In this document: positions 40,533 to 54,140 of the stretch, piece after piece
Numbering within the stretch: the stretch's first letter is position 1
Layout: each line of letters opens with the position of its first letter
Assembly: GCA_010093815.1 (NCBI GenBank)
Contig: ML996568.1
DNA from: Pseudovirgaria hyperparasitica
Taxonomy: Eukaryota
Direction: 5' to 3' (one strand)
Length of the DNA: 64,000 bases
Translations under genes and position numbers: made by a program
The notes under the pieces: generated by a model
Told to the model about the DNA's origin: nothing
Databases searched by the model: none
What the model saw: the letters and a program-made list of their open reading frames with translations, nothing else

Positions 40533-42893
40533 TCATAGTGTCGGCATCGCTGTATTCCAGTCAACACTCTCAAGCCAGGCCAAGAAAGCCTCGCTGTCCA
40601 TTGGCAGGTTTGGATCGATTCCTGTCATGGCCAAATTTTGATCCTGCAGGTCCATTGCAACGTCATCAGTGTTGGGCCTTACATACGTATGTTGGTGCTC
40701 GTAGTCTAGAGCCTCATCAAGCATCGAGCCGAGTTTTTCACTAGCGTCCTTGCACAGAGAATAGTACTTGTGAGGTTCCGGGAGCCACTCTAGACATCCA
40801 ATGAGCACGGATAAATTTCGTATCAAGGTAGACCGAGGTATAGATTTGTCGAGTGGAGTATTTGAGATTGTGCAGTTTCGGAGCTCTGTAGTGAGCACCC
40901 CAGCGACGGGAAGACCGAAGCTGAGTAACTTCAACCATAATTAGTCTCGCCAGCTTCCAAATTTGGGATAAACCTACAAGCCATGGAAAGTCACGAGAAA
41001 GGACATTGCCTTCTGAATTTACATAGTTTCTCTTCTTCGTGACCGTAGTGAGTTCAGATAGGATTTTCATCGCCAACTGAAGCAATTCTACATTACTGAT
41101 GCCTACGTTCTTGGTCAAAATTCTTAGTATCATAAATTCGTTGTAGACGAAATTCAGATAGCACACAAGAAGAGTTAGGTTGGCATTTGACACGTCATTC
41201 GTCTCCCAGATGGTATCAGTATAATGAAGGTGCTTAGGAAGCTTAGCCCAGGCAAGTCGGGCGTTCTCTCGAATGTTGCTGAAGTATTTAGTCGAAGGAT
41301 AGGACATTCATCCGGGATGACATACCCTAGCTTCTGTACAACCTCAGGCCCAGGCTCACTTCTCGACAACTCCAGTGTTTCTTCTTTAAAAATAGCGAGC
41401 TGGTAACGCATACGTAATATAGTAGTCGGACGAACTTTATGGTCCTGATTCGTTAGGAGGCTTCTAGTATCAAGATATGGGAATTACCATGTTCCATCCG
41501 TCAGCATCTAAGCGTGCCAGCGCAGCCTCAAGCATAGGGCCCTCGAGTAAATAATCGTCCGGACTGAGGTTCAAGGGCATTCTAATATCGCAATAGTGTC
41601 TTGGAATTCTTGGAGGTCTTCCGAGGAATGTTGCGAGGTCCTTGTCAGCCCTATAGAAGTAGCAATGGAGGCATTTTCGAATTTCCGAGATGAAAAACGG
41701 AACTTTCTCATCATCATGATTCTTGTGTATTCCTAACGCAAATACGTCCGACGTTGCGTCCCCGAATCGGCGCCATAAACCTGGGCCTATGATACTATCA
41801 GAAGTGACATCTTTTATTAAGATCTCTATACTGACTAGAGTCACCGTGAATGCTCGAGATTAGTTGGCAATTCGTGTGAAATAACCATAGCATTATCTCG
41901 TTTTCGGCTCCGATCTCGCGGCAGATTGACACACAGGTATTTGAGTGATCGAGCATGCTCTCGTCAAATTTCCAAGAGTCATCAATCGGAGTTGTAGGCG
42001 TTATGAGCTTCGCAAGTCCAGCTATTGAATAAAGTACGCCAATGAATTCCCATCGGAGATTGCATTTAGTATACTGAAGATGAAAATCAGCTGCTTTGAG
42101 GTTTTTCGAAATAACGAATGGAACCGCAGTATTCTCTGAGATCTCTGTGAAGACCTCAACAAGAGAACGCCCTGTGGCGTCCCATTCTTCGATGTGTTTT
42201 CGCATTTCAGGTAGAGCATTGAGAATCAAGGGTGCCGGTATAACAGTACCGATCGCCACGTCAAAGTACTTCCTTATCATTTTCTCAATTCTGCCAAAAG
42301 GCCATAAGGCCTCAAGGACGTTAAGCTTCGATTCACTTAATGTTCCATGTTTTGCTATGCCTCGCAGTGGCGCCTCCGTGGATGATGCGTTAGTATCATC
42401 CGAGACTGTAGTCCAGAGCCCTACTGCATGAGAATTGTTCACGCCTCTTCCTGGGACGCTGTGGTCTGTTAGCTCGGACGGACTAGGAGGTATTATTGTT
42501 CTTCCCAGGAAGATTCTGTAAGATGCCACTTCCGATCAGGGGCACGATAGGATAGAGCGAGAACAATACCTAGACTGAGACTGTTGCTCTGCTTGATTTA
42601 GCGACGGGCTCCTTCTCGTGTTCTTGGATCGACTCATCGGCGCAGGATGATAAAAGCACTGTCACATATGCACATTAGATCCATGACAAGATGCAATATT
42701 AGAGTAGCGTGACCATACTACACGTGCTCTACCTCGTCTTTCACATTTTTGACAAATTGGATGCGTGTGGTCACAGCTATCAATCCCGGTCAGACAATGA
42801 GACTCCTTGAATGTCGGGACAGACGTTGATATACCTTATCTTGCTTCTCCGACACGGCTCACATGAGCTTGGCATGCCATTGCGCCTGATCAT
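40533..42893 (-). CDS. Zn(II)2Cys6 transcription factor with fungal-specific middle homology domain
   Basis: Spliced N-terminus MIRRNGMPSSCEPCRRSKISCDHTHPICQKCERRGRARVCFYHPAPM. Middle region LRWEFIG...WRRFGD...ALGIH...SEIRK...DKDLATFLGRPPRI. Acidic C-terminal activation tail (DSEAFLAWLESVDW). Many short introns. Confidence 0.92.
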
Positions 42894-42965
42894 GTTTTTG
42901 ATGATCGTCACATTGGGGACAGTACAGAGCACACACGAATAAAAATCAACGCGGTCGTACTATGG

Positions 42966-43013
42966 CGGAGCTGCAATCGGAGTTGAAGTCGGACTGCCTT
43001 GGACGGATCGGAC
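42966..43013. promoter_or_regulatory. Array of CGGA half-sites upstream of the Zn2Cys6 gene
   Basis: CGGA at 42966, 42978 and 42990 (exact 12-nt period), then 43004 and 43009, about 70-120 bp upstream of the ATG. Confidence 0.45.
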
Positions 43014-43473
43014 CGCGTGGTGCATTTGATGCATTATGTCAGCGTCCACGGGCTAAGGATCCGATTAGCACCTAGACTGTCCATTTACTTCCACGTGTGA
43101 GTGACGGCGGAATAATGTATTCCAGTATGTCCTATACAGATATCATCGAATTTACTATACAGACGCTCACTATGAGTATTGGTTCGCTTCAAGTGGTCCT
43201 AAAAACTTGTTGTGCGGTGGCTCTTTCGAAGCCCGGCCGGTGAAATATACCGTGGGATTGCAAGTCAACAGGACTAACAATGAAAGGGACGAGATAACGG
43301 GATAGACGCTTTTGTCTTCTATGTTGCATTGAAAGCGCAAAAGAGCCCGTGCCGTCAATTGACTTGACAGCAAGTCCGGTGACCAAACAGCGTCTACAAA
43401 AACCACTTCTGCGGTAGTGTTCAAGTGACTGTCTAGAGATACGCTCAAAAGTGGTATGGCTCTTGGTCGAATC

Positions 43474-44725
43474 CTACTCGTCATCCGCCTCTTCAACAGA
43501 AGCCTGCATCCTGCGCTGTTGGGCAGTTTGTCCGTCCACAGTAGATGCTCCCGTCGTAGACGCAGGTGCAGCTGGGGCTGCAGGTACTGCAGTAACTGGT
43601 ACTGCAGGTGTGTCTGATTGTTTTGCTTTCTTGGATTTACCATCCGCTGCGGCTTCAGCTTTCTTTTGCTTCTTCAATTTCTTCGCTTCCTTCTTTGCCT
43701 TCTTGTCCTAGACTTATATTAGTACGATTGATACGTGGTGTTATTCATTGCCTACCTCAGCTGTCTCCTGCCATGCGCCCCATGGCCTGAAGGAGTCGAA
43801 GAACCCAACATCTTCGAATAGATTGGGAAATAGCCAAAACCCGGGAGGGACCGTGAATACGGTCACACAGAACAAGATGAGTCGAAAGATAGCCATAACG
43901 AAGAAGAGACCGATGAGGCCTAGCATGCCCATACTCAAGTACCACACGCCTGTCCGGAGAAAGAGCGGCCAGAGCGGAAATAGAACAATGGCGAAAACGA
44001 CGACCAGGGCAAGAGCAGCGTAAAGTCTCATTTTCCAGGGGGAGCCTTCATACAACCAGATGTAATAATCATCGTCTGCGGTATTCTGCTGCTGCTCGAT
44101 CCTGACATTCCATTGACCCTTGATTCGCTTCTTGCTCCCATGTGAGTGGCCTTCGTGGCCAGCATTCGGATCCTGTTTTGACACGCGAATCGCAAGCATA
44201 GATAGGGGCAGCAGCTTGAATGTATTTTCGGCTGATGGACGATCCTTGACTTCGGGTAGGATGATGTTCTTGGACCTAGCTTTTTGGTATGCGGGGGAAA
44301 GCAGTGCTCTGATAGCGCGCTTCACTAATTGAAACATGTTAGCTTCGTGGGAAATAAAGTTAAAAAGGCTGCATACCTCTGATCATATCCTTCCGTTTTT
44401 CCTGGAAAAGGACTGTCCGCGGCTTCAGATCTTGCGACTTGAGGAAGTCCGCGACAGCGAGAGCCTCTGGTTTTGGTGGACCTGGTTGTATGGGCTGCTG
44501 TTGTTGCTGTTGCTGTTGCTGTTGCATTTGTTGTTGCTGCATTGCTTGCGCCCGCATGCGAGCTAGAAGTTCTTCTACAGTGATACCCAGTCGTTGTGCC
44601 TCGGCGCGAAGCTGCTCCTGCATTTGTCGAATCTGCTCAGGTGAAGGTTGTGCTGGAGGACCTTGGGAGCGGGCTCCGCCTGGTCCACCCATAGGTACTC
44701 CCTGTGGTGGCGGTTGCGAAGCCAT
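43474..44725 (-). CDS. SEC62: ER translocation protein Sec62
   Basis: Gln-rich N-terminus, ALAVADFLK, VKRAIRALLSPAY, YYIWLYEG, two TM helices (VLFPLWP...; RLILFCVT) and GFWLFPNLFEDVGFFDSFRP. Lys-rich tail. Introns near 44326-44376 and 43709-43756. Confidence 0.95.
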
Positions 44726-45177
44726 CGTTGTTGAGTCGAAATACCAACGACTAATGTTTCTTAAAGAAGTGAGGGTAATCCGACGTCACAAGATGCGAAT
44801 ACACAACTTGTGAGAACTGTGGGATAGTTGGGAGGCCGATGGAGGACCAAGGGTTATGGGTGCATCGGTGTGCAAGGCCCAGAGAGCGGAGAAGGCTACC
44901 GTCCACGATAGATGCCAGTAATGGTGATACGTGAGTCGCAAGTTTGATGCCACATTGCTAGAGCGAACTTCTTGGAAGGGTCGTAAGTGGTGCGCTTATC
45001 TTCATGAGGCTAGCGTCTCTTGGCGAACGAGCTCGCTTCGCCCACTCGTCAAATATGCGCGTTGCAAAACTCTACTTCTGTTCCTCAAGCACACCCAGGA
45101 GTCACCGCGATCTCCTCCACAATATTTTTGCTTCAACACAACATATCAATTGTGGTTGACTACCTTACGTATTGACC

Positions 45178-45888
<711 letters not shown>

Positions 45889-47017
45889 ATTATGTAAAAT
45901 GATGAATGCCCATGATGGACTTGACCAACTCATCGCCATAATATGACTGATGATCACTTGAACCATGAAGAAATCGATTTACGAGACCGAATATCTGTTC
46001 ATGCAGTAGGCGGCAAGTAGGATGATGTGAATCAAAACCCGTTGCCAACACTCTGGCCCTTACCCTCGCTCGATGGTATAGGCCTATTTTGGCGCAACGG
46101 AGAGCAAGCCTTCACAGGCAGACCAGCTACTCACCGAAGCGTTATATCCTCCTTGGAAATGAGCGCAACGGTCCTTTCTTTTCGGTCTACATTCCAAAGT
46201 GCCCTCTGATGATGTAACGTAAAGTTGATAGATGCTCGATAGACCTGAATACTCGATTTAAGTAACTGCTCTGTGTTCTTTGTGGTCACGGTCACGGCTG
46301 TTTTGACCACATGCCTTGCGACGCGGTCTGCACTTGAGGGACGACCAAGGTTTCGAACTTGGCAAGTGATGGAGAGATCTCTGATGCATGCATACTTAGT
46401 GCGTCGTTGGCAGGCGCCACAGCTGCAGGCGCGATCCTAGCACGACGAGGATAAGTGATGCACGCCCGGACTTTGACACCTCGCATGTAATCAGACATGT
46501 ACATGTACATTTGAAGACTACTATCTATGTAATTACATGAGGCACTTTTTTGAGCGAAGAGAGCAGCGGCCACGCCTCAACAGCAACCGAACCAACGGAA
46601 GCACATGAATGTGCAGACGCAGTTCTCATCAACAGCAAATGCATGAAGGATCTTCTTGCGCAGCCTTAAATGGTGCCGTCGGGCGGGAACAGAGGCGCCG
46701 GGCTTACACCAAGCTGGAAAACGAACAGGGATTCAGTGAGCGGGCAGCCACATGCACCCATTTCGTGGCCTGTCACAGTCCATTTCTTGTGGCCCTGTTG
46801 TTGTGTCTGGCCTGGAGAACTGGCTCGGCTGGGGCTGAAGGGCGGACGGAGGTTGAAACGATGCAAGTGGTGAGGCAAAGAGGCTGCGTGCCAATGACAG
46901 ACAATAAAATGCCAAACAAGCCCGGTTCCAGCTCGCATCATGATCGTGATCCAAACGACCGTGTGAGTCCAGCGGTATGTCTGTGCTTTGCTTTGCGTAT
47001 GCGCAAGGAAAAGGGAG

Positions 47018-47055
47018 GGCAAGGCAAGGCAAGGCAAGGCAAGTCAAGGCAGGGC
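47018..47055. repeat. (GGCAA)n microsatellite
   Basis: Five perfect GGCAA units plus degenerate copies. Confidence 0.85.
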
Positions 47056-48418
47056 AGTAATTAACCTTGAAGTCTCTACACGGCCTTGCTACAGCATCAT
47101 GAATGATGTGCACTAATTAGTTGGCACTTTGGACCAATTCTTTCCTCTTCCGGTCTGGTACAAGCGCGTATACTGGTATTCATCCATGCCTCCTTGCTTT
47201 GCTTTTATTGTCGCCTGTCTTCGGTGTGATCCCGCATCCATTACATTCTCCAAACGTATATATGTATGTATCTGTTGTATGCTTAATTAGCGATGCGACA
47301 GAACAAGCAAAAGCAGCAGATCTTTCCCACCCGCATACGCACCTGGCCGTCATCCTATCCACATCTTTTTCGCGAGGTGGTTTGTTAGTTCTCCCCCCTC
47401 CCCTGCCTAACTAATCCTTGGCCCAGTGGAGTGGACCAAGCAATCATCATCCTTAGCTCTTGCGGGCCCCCGTTCTCAGGCCCGCCGCTACGCAGACGAC
47501 ATCGTTTTCAGCCCATATTACTCGTGAGTCGTGCTATAATACGTATTTCATCAATAGTCCTTACAAACGATCGTCACTCTAACTCTCACTTCTCCACCTA
47601 CATAGACCTGCTTCCACCGTGGAACCCTGTCTGCCCATTCGCACATCTTCTCCGCTACCGTGCAGCCAGCCGCGAAGTCGAACACCCGCACCCTTGTGAC
47701 TGACGCCTGCAGGTTCAGACTGCCTCTCTTCTCGCTGCGCCCCGGTCACCTACGTACAACTTCAGTTTATGCCGCTCTTCGCGTTGGCAGGCCGATCGTT
47801 CTGATCCTTTTGTCGTTCCAGTACCGTTTGGTGTATTCCCGATGCCCTTGTGCGGCAACCATCGTCTTGTCAGCTCCGTAAACCTTCCGTAAGGAACTCT
47901 TCGAACTGTTCCGTCTAGTGTAGTCCCGCGTCTCTACGCCTCAGCTCATCCGCGTCCCCACGCCGAGAAACGCGCAACTCGCTGGACTATCGACTTCATA
48001 CGCCATACAATCTCGATCACCTCTGGCCAGATTGCTCGAGCGTGTTTGTACCGCCGCTTACAGCCTCGCTCGGGCCTATCCTTATTCCTCAGACCTTTCC
48101 TTCGCGCTGTACCTGAATTCGATTCGCCGCATCTTCGCATCGCGCAGCTCTGAAAGGTCCATAAAGTGTCGTGTTTGATTCTCCCGGAGCTCTTTGCTAT
48201 TCCTAGCAGGCTCTGGGACGCTTGGGCTGTAGAAAATATTCAGGATCCTTCGGAAATGTCATGCGCAGGCAAAAGGAGAAGACTTCGTCAAGGCATAGGC
48301 ATCCGCCAGTCTCGGTGAAGGTGGTGCTTCGTAAAACACCAAAAAACGCTGAAACGACGGCGGGCACTCGGTGCTCTGGTGCCAAAGTTTCTAAAGAGAG
48401 GGACTAGGTCATCTCACC

Positions 48419-51400
48419 ATGACTATGATTAGGCCGTATCCACGCCAACCTCAGTTCAATCAGCACCCGTATCCAACAGACCTACATTGTAACTCCCTCC
48501 CTCCTTCCCCTCTACAATCGACGCATCAAGATACCACGAGAGACGAGCAGTTCAGCCGGCGCTGGCAACGCTTACCCCAACAATACGCCCACCCATTACA
48601 GAGGACAAACTCGTACCCTCAGCCAGGAGGGGGAAATGACGCAAGGCATTCAGAAGTAGTACCTTCTGAGCACCTACTCAGACGCAAAACACCGAATGGG
48701 ATCATCTCCGCTGCATATGATGGAACATCTGTTGAACAGATGGGTAGACCACACGCCATGAAGCATATTTTACTTCCCGTAACTTCGCATGATGGACGAA
48801 ATAGCGGTCCCGCTTACAATAACTACACCCTCCATAAAGATCTGCCCGTAAAGGGCCATGGATCCACCCATTTGGACGAGTCTTCGCAATCGAATCACAT
48901 AATTCAGACGAGGCCGAACACTTGGAATGCTGACATGACGCTCGCGCCGCATTTCACGAACAACAACTGGAACCGGATGCAGCTCAATCTCCCACAAATT
49001 GACTCCATGCTGAACCAAATGCCATCGCAACATGCCCAGATGCGGTACCAGCCATTGTATGGAGCTTTCCAGCCGTCTGTACAAAGTCCAGTAGGGCCTA
49101 CTGCGTCGGGCGAACAGCTTCCTTATGGGCCATATTGGCCGAATGGCACGTTTATACCCTATCGGCCAGCAGCAATTCGCGATCCTCGCTTCTACTCTAA
49201 TGCTACGCCACCCTGGACGGGTTATCCCAGTCACGGAGCACCACAGCAGAATGTTCATTTCAACCAACGTGTACAACATCACAATTCTGACAACTATCTC
49301 TCTCAGTCCGTGAACCTGGATCGGAACGTCTATCCTGGAGATCCCGCTTCGTCTTTCCATTTCAATACTGGGAATAGCCAGAATCATTTAGCATACCCGA
49401 ACAACTTCCTCCCACCACAGCCCCAACAGTCGTCCCAAACATTTCATTTGCTGTCTCCGGGAAGCGCTCAAGATCAGTTCCAATACTCAGACTCCGGGCA
49501 TTCAATACCACATGCGCGTAACTTTCCAGCCCAGGACGTATTGGCAGAATTTGGACCTCATTCAAGCAATGCAGACATGCGCGAGAAGGTCTTCACTTGG
49601 GCGCACTCTATCTACATCGATCTCCTGAAGTATCTACAGCAGACGAAACGGCATGCCTCGCATCAACGCACAAATAATCATAACTCGGCTCGTTCAAATT
49701 GGCATCCTAAACCACCGCGGCAGCCAGACGCCAATTTTGCCTCACTGCCAGTGACAAGGAAATCGCTCGATGGAAAAACTTCACAAAATTATATGGAGCG
49801 ACATCGTGATGCGCAGATACAGGCCAAGTTGTCCGATAAATACCGCACCCTCCGCAGAAGTTCTGGGGCTACGGTTGCGCGAGCATCTCCGCCTAATTGG
49901 ATTGATACATCGACGCCTCAGAAGGCGGCCTCAGCGATGGAGATCTTGAGCCGGGTATGTAACGAGAGTTCATGGCAATGGATAGATGGGATGCTACTAG
50001 TCGGATGCTTGGCGTATGCTTTATCCAACTATGAAAAGGCCACAGAATGGTACAGGTGTATATTGGAGCTAGACTCAAAGTAAGCTCAAACTACGTTTTT
50101 CTTCGAATGTGGATTGACTCGGATTTGCAGCAATGTCGAAGCAATGTCGAACCTCGCTGCGACGCTATTGGCTCTGGGCCGAAAACAAGAGGCCGAGGAT
50201 CACTGGCTCAAAGCTATCAGATTACGACCAAGTTACTTCGAAGCGGTAGAGCATCTCATCGGACTGTTCTGCGGTGATCACCGTACAAACGAAGCCGTCA
50301 AATGTATCGAAAGTATTGAAAGAGCCCTTCGATACGCCCGAGCCGGAGATGCTCTCAAAGCAGCTGACGATGAAAGCAACGATGCTAGCTCACTGAGTGC
50401 CGCTTCAGAGGAGTCAGACCAACCAGTCTTTGATTACGATTTTGACAACGACCAAGGTCTCAGAGATGCTCAGAATTTGCCTGGCTCTGAGCTGCCTGGG
50501 TTTGGTTCCAGTGGATATGCAATAGCAGGTCGCGACAATGGGCGCATGTTGGCTCTTGTCCACGCCAAGGGCAATATGTTGTATGCCCTCGGAGACAACG
50601 TTGGCGCCGCTAAAGCGTTCGACAATGCTGTTATGATTGGAGCAGGGCGCAAGATTCAGGGGATTACAGGCCTAATCGTACGTATTTTGGACGTTGTGGG
50701 TAAAGGAGGCGTCGATGCCTCCTACCATGTGGGATCATCCACAGAGCCTATACTTCTTCCTCCTGACAAGGCCCTCGATACTGCAAGATTATGCTTCCCG
50801 TCGCAGGGTGACCTGCCTGGACTTAAACATGTCCCTGCGGAAGGTTTGGCGAGGAAGGCAGCAATATCGACAACCAGTAACTCATTACTATCTCTCGCTA
50901 AAATCTTCCAGGATGGCATGGCTGCTAATTCCTCCAAAGCGACGGCGTATCAGGCAAATTATGGGGTTCGAGAAATACTTGCATTGTATTACTTGTCTTT
51001 GTCTCTCCAACCTAGTCCCTCAACTGCGAACAACGTCGGAATTCTCCTCGCAAGCGTTCAGCAAACAGTGGCCCATAGACAACCCTCCAAGGCATGGCAG
51101 CAGAACATGCCTGAAATACCTGGCATAACGCCTGGATCAGGTATTGCTCTTGCACTGATGTATTACAATTACGGCCTTAAGCTCGATTCGAAACATGCAC
51201 ATCTATACACCAATTTGGGCAGTCTACTCAAGGACATAGGCCAGCTGGGTGCTGCTATACAGATGTATGAAATGGCTGTAGCTCACGATGGCACCTTTGA
51301 TATCGCTCTTGCTAATCTTGCAAACGCTGTCAAGGACCAAGGCAGAATTGCTGATGCAATTACCTACTACAAGCGAGCTGTTCATTCAAGTCCGGACTTT

Positions 51401-53433
51401 GCTGAGGCAGTATGCGGGCTAGCGAATGCATTAAACTCAGTTTGCGGTTGGACTGGAAGAGGGGGGATAGCTGCGGCAAATGGAGCACGAGATAGATGGC
51501 ACGTGAATGATAAAGGCATGCTGCTTGATGCCACTCAGCCAGGCGCTGTGAGTACTGGCTGGATCAAAAGAGTTGTAGATCTCGTCGAGAAACAGCTCGG
51601 TGAGGGAGAAAGCTGGGGAACGAATGTTATCGACGCACCATTCACCGAGGAAATAGTCGCACAATTGGCATATGACGGCACAGGGGCCTCTGATCTCAAG
51701 GACGCCGGTGCCATCCTTCGTGCGACATTGAAGTCATGGTGTCGACAAAAGTGGGAAGGGGCTCGGGTTGTCCGCTTAGTTGAACGCGCCATCAGAAGAC
51801 TTGGCTGGAGGTGGTATCACGATATCCAGAATGAACGAGAGCAGCAGGGACCAAGTGCTTATAAACGGCCTCGCCTCCCTAGCGCCCTCACAATTCCTGC
51901 CGCGCCGACAGTTCTACCCTTCCATACATTCACTTGTCCTATGTCTGCGAAGCAGATTCGCCTGATATCTCAACGAAATGGCCTCCGTATCTCAACATCG
52001 ACACTCAAGGCGCCGTGGCTCCCCTCAACAGTATATCCACCGCCCTCACCCCCTCATCCTTACATTAAAGTTGGCTACGTATCGTCAGACTTCAACAATC
52101 ATCCTCTTGCACATCTAATGCAATCTGTGTTTGGCTTACATGATCGAAAGAAGGTGAAAGCATATTGTTATGCTACCACAGCAAGTGACAATTCGGTGCA
52201 CAGGCATCAAATTGAAAAGGAAGCCCCAGTATTCCATGACGCCCATGATTGGACTGCTGAGAAGCTCGTAAAGCAGATCATATCTGATGGCATACATATC
52301 CTGGTTAACTTGAATGGCTATACCCGAGGTGCGCGTAATGAGGTGTTTGCTGCCCGCCCAGCGCCGGTACATATGTCTTTCATGGGATTTGCCGGAACCT
52401 TGGGAGCAGAATGGTGTGACTACCTACTCGCCGACGAGATGGCGGTACCCCTTGATACATTAAGACCATGGCGTCGCAATGTCACAATCCAGGATCAACT
52501 GGTGGATGAAAATAGTGGAGGTGACGAGGATGATTGGGTTTACGGCGAGAATATAGTCTTTTGTCGGGACACGTTCTTCTGCTGTGATCACCGCCAAAGT
52601 GCTCCGGACGCAAAAGAGCCACAGCTGAGTTGGGAAGATGAGCAGGTCCGGCGATGGACCATGCGCAAAGAAATCTTCCCACACCTCCCAGATGATACTA
52701 TCATTCTGGGAAACTTCAATCAGCTGTACAAAGTATGTCTCGCGTCTATACTAAGGCTCTTCGTACTGCTAACCTTCCTGTCCAGATCGAGCCTACTACC
52801 TTCCGCACCTGGCTCCGCATCCTTGCGGCTCTTCCAAGAGCCATCCTATGGCTTCTTCGGTTTCCAGATCTTGGCGAGACTCATCTTCGCGCCACAGCGA
52901 CTGCATGGGCTGGCCCAGAAGTCGCAGCCCGAATTCAGTTTACTGATGTGGCGCCAAAACATCAGCATATCTCGCGCGCTCGCGTCTGTGACCTCTTCCT
53001 CGATACACCAGAATGTAATGCGCACACAACAGCTGCAGATGTGCTTTGGAGCGGCACTCCCTTGATAACATTTCCGCGGTACAAGTACAAGATGTGCTCG
53101 CGTATGGCAGCAAGCATCCTCAAAGGTGCGCTTCCAAAGAATGATGATGGCAAGCGGGCGGCAAAGGATTTGATCATGTCAAGTGAGGAAGAATACGAGG
53201 AGAAAGCCAAAGAGCTTATTAGCCAGTGCCATTACGAGGGACACAGGCTGCGAGGCAGGCTTTCCGACCTCCGCAAAACTTTGTACGAGGCACGGTGGTC
53301 CAGTGCGTTGTTTGACACTAAGCGGTGGGTCCGCGACCTTGAGCAAGCTTATGAGATTGTATGGAAGAAGTGGGAGAGAGGCGAAGGGGGCGATGTTTGG
53401 CTCGACGAGAAGAGGGTGCAAGAATTAGCATGA
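48419..53433 (+). CDS. OGT: UDP-GlcNAc:peptide N-acetylglucosaminyltransferase (O-GlcNAc transferase, GT41) with TPR repeats and long disordered N-terminus
   Basis: TPRs (EAMSNLAATL..., HAHLYTNLGSLLKDIG..., ALANLANAVKDQG...). Catalytic motifs VGYVSSDFNNHPLAHL, LVNLNGYTRGAR, GNFNQLYK|IEP, LWLLRFP and DLFLDTPECNAHTTAADVLWSGTP. Introns about 50079-50130 and 52733-52785. Confidence 0.93.
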
Positions 53434-54112
53434 GGGCACTATGGCGCTTGGCAGATCTGGAGACTACGTGCATCGAGCAAGGCGCAAAATCTATTTGGAA
53501 CCCTTTAGTACCTATCACATTGGCGATTTAGCGGGATACTTTGGCATATGGGGAGCGAAGAGAAGAAGATTTAACAGGACCATAGATGGGGGACAAGACT
53601 TGTTACATGGCGTACGACTTCCGGGCACGAACTTTTCATGGTATATGTAAGATGGCCGCCTTCGCAGGCTTCTACTTGGGTACAATCAATATCAGGTATT
53701 TCCATATATATTCGACATCTAAAGCTGGCGAGCCAACCAGGAAATGATCAATTCCTTTGTCTTCTTCCTGATCTTCTCCCCCTTACTTCATAGATCTCAT
53801 CTCTCCTTACATACGTGCCCTCCGCGACATAAAGCCTGATGTTGCGATCGACACGTCACCCGCCTATCGTTTATTGCTTCACGTATCTGGCTGGTCGGGT
53901 CTCAACAAACGATCTGTTGGTCGAGATCTTTCAGCCGCCTAGCCATAGTGGCGATAGTAGTGCTCGGACTGGGAGTCGCTATGCCGTTGGCGAGGCGCTC
54001 GATGGGTGATGGAGGAGCGGAGAGGTACCGAGTGAGCGTCGGAGATGTCTTGGAGACATTCTTGAGACTTTCCGCTGGTTAGACAGGGGTAAGAGATTTG
54101 GGAAAACGCGTG

Positions 54113-54140
54113 TGATGATGATGATGATGATGATGATGAT
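54113..54140. repeat. (TGA)n microsatellite
   Basis: About nine tandem TGA units. Confidence 0.85.

Noticed and set aside
44726..45177. SEC62/RPL12 head-to-head pair (also Rad26/CDS1)
   Set aside because: Short bidirectional promoters are ordinary in compact fungal genomes.
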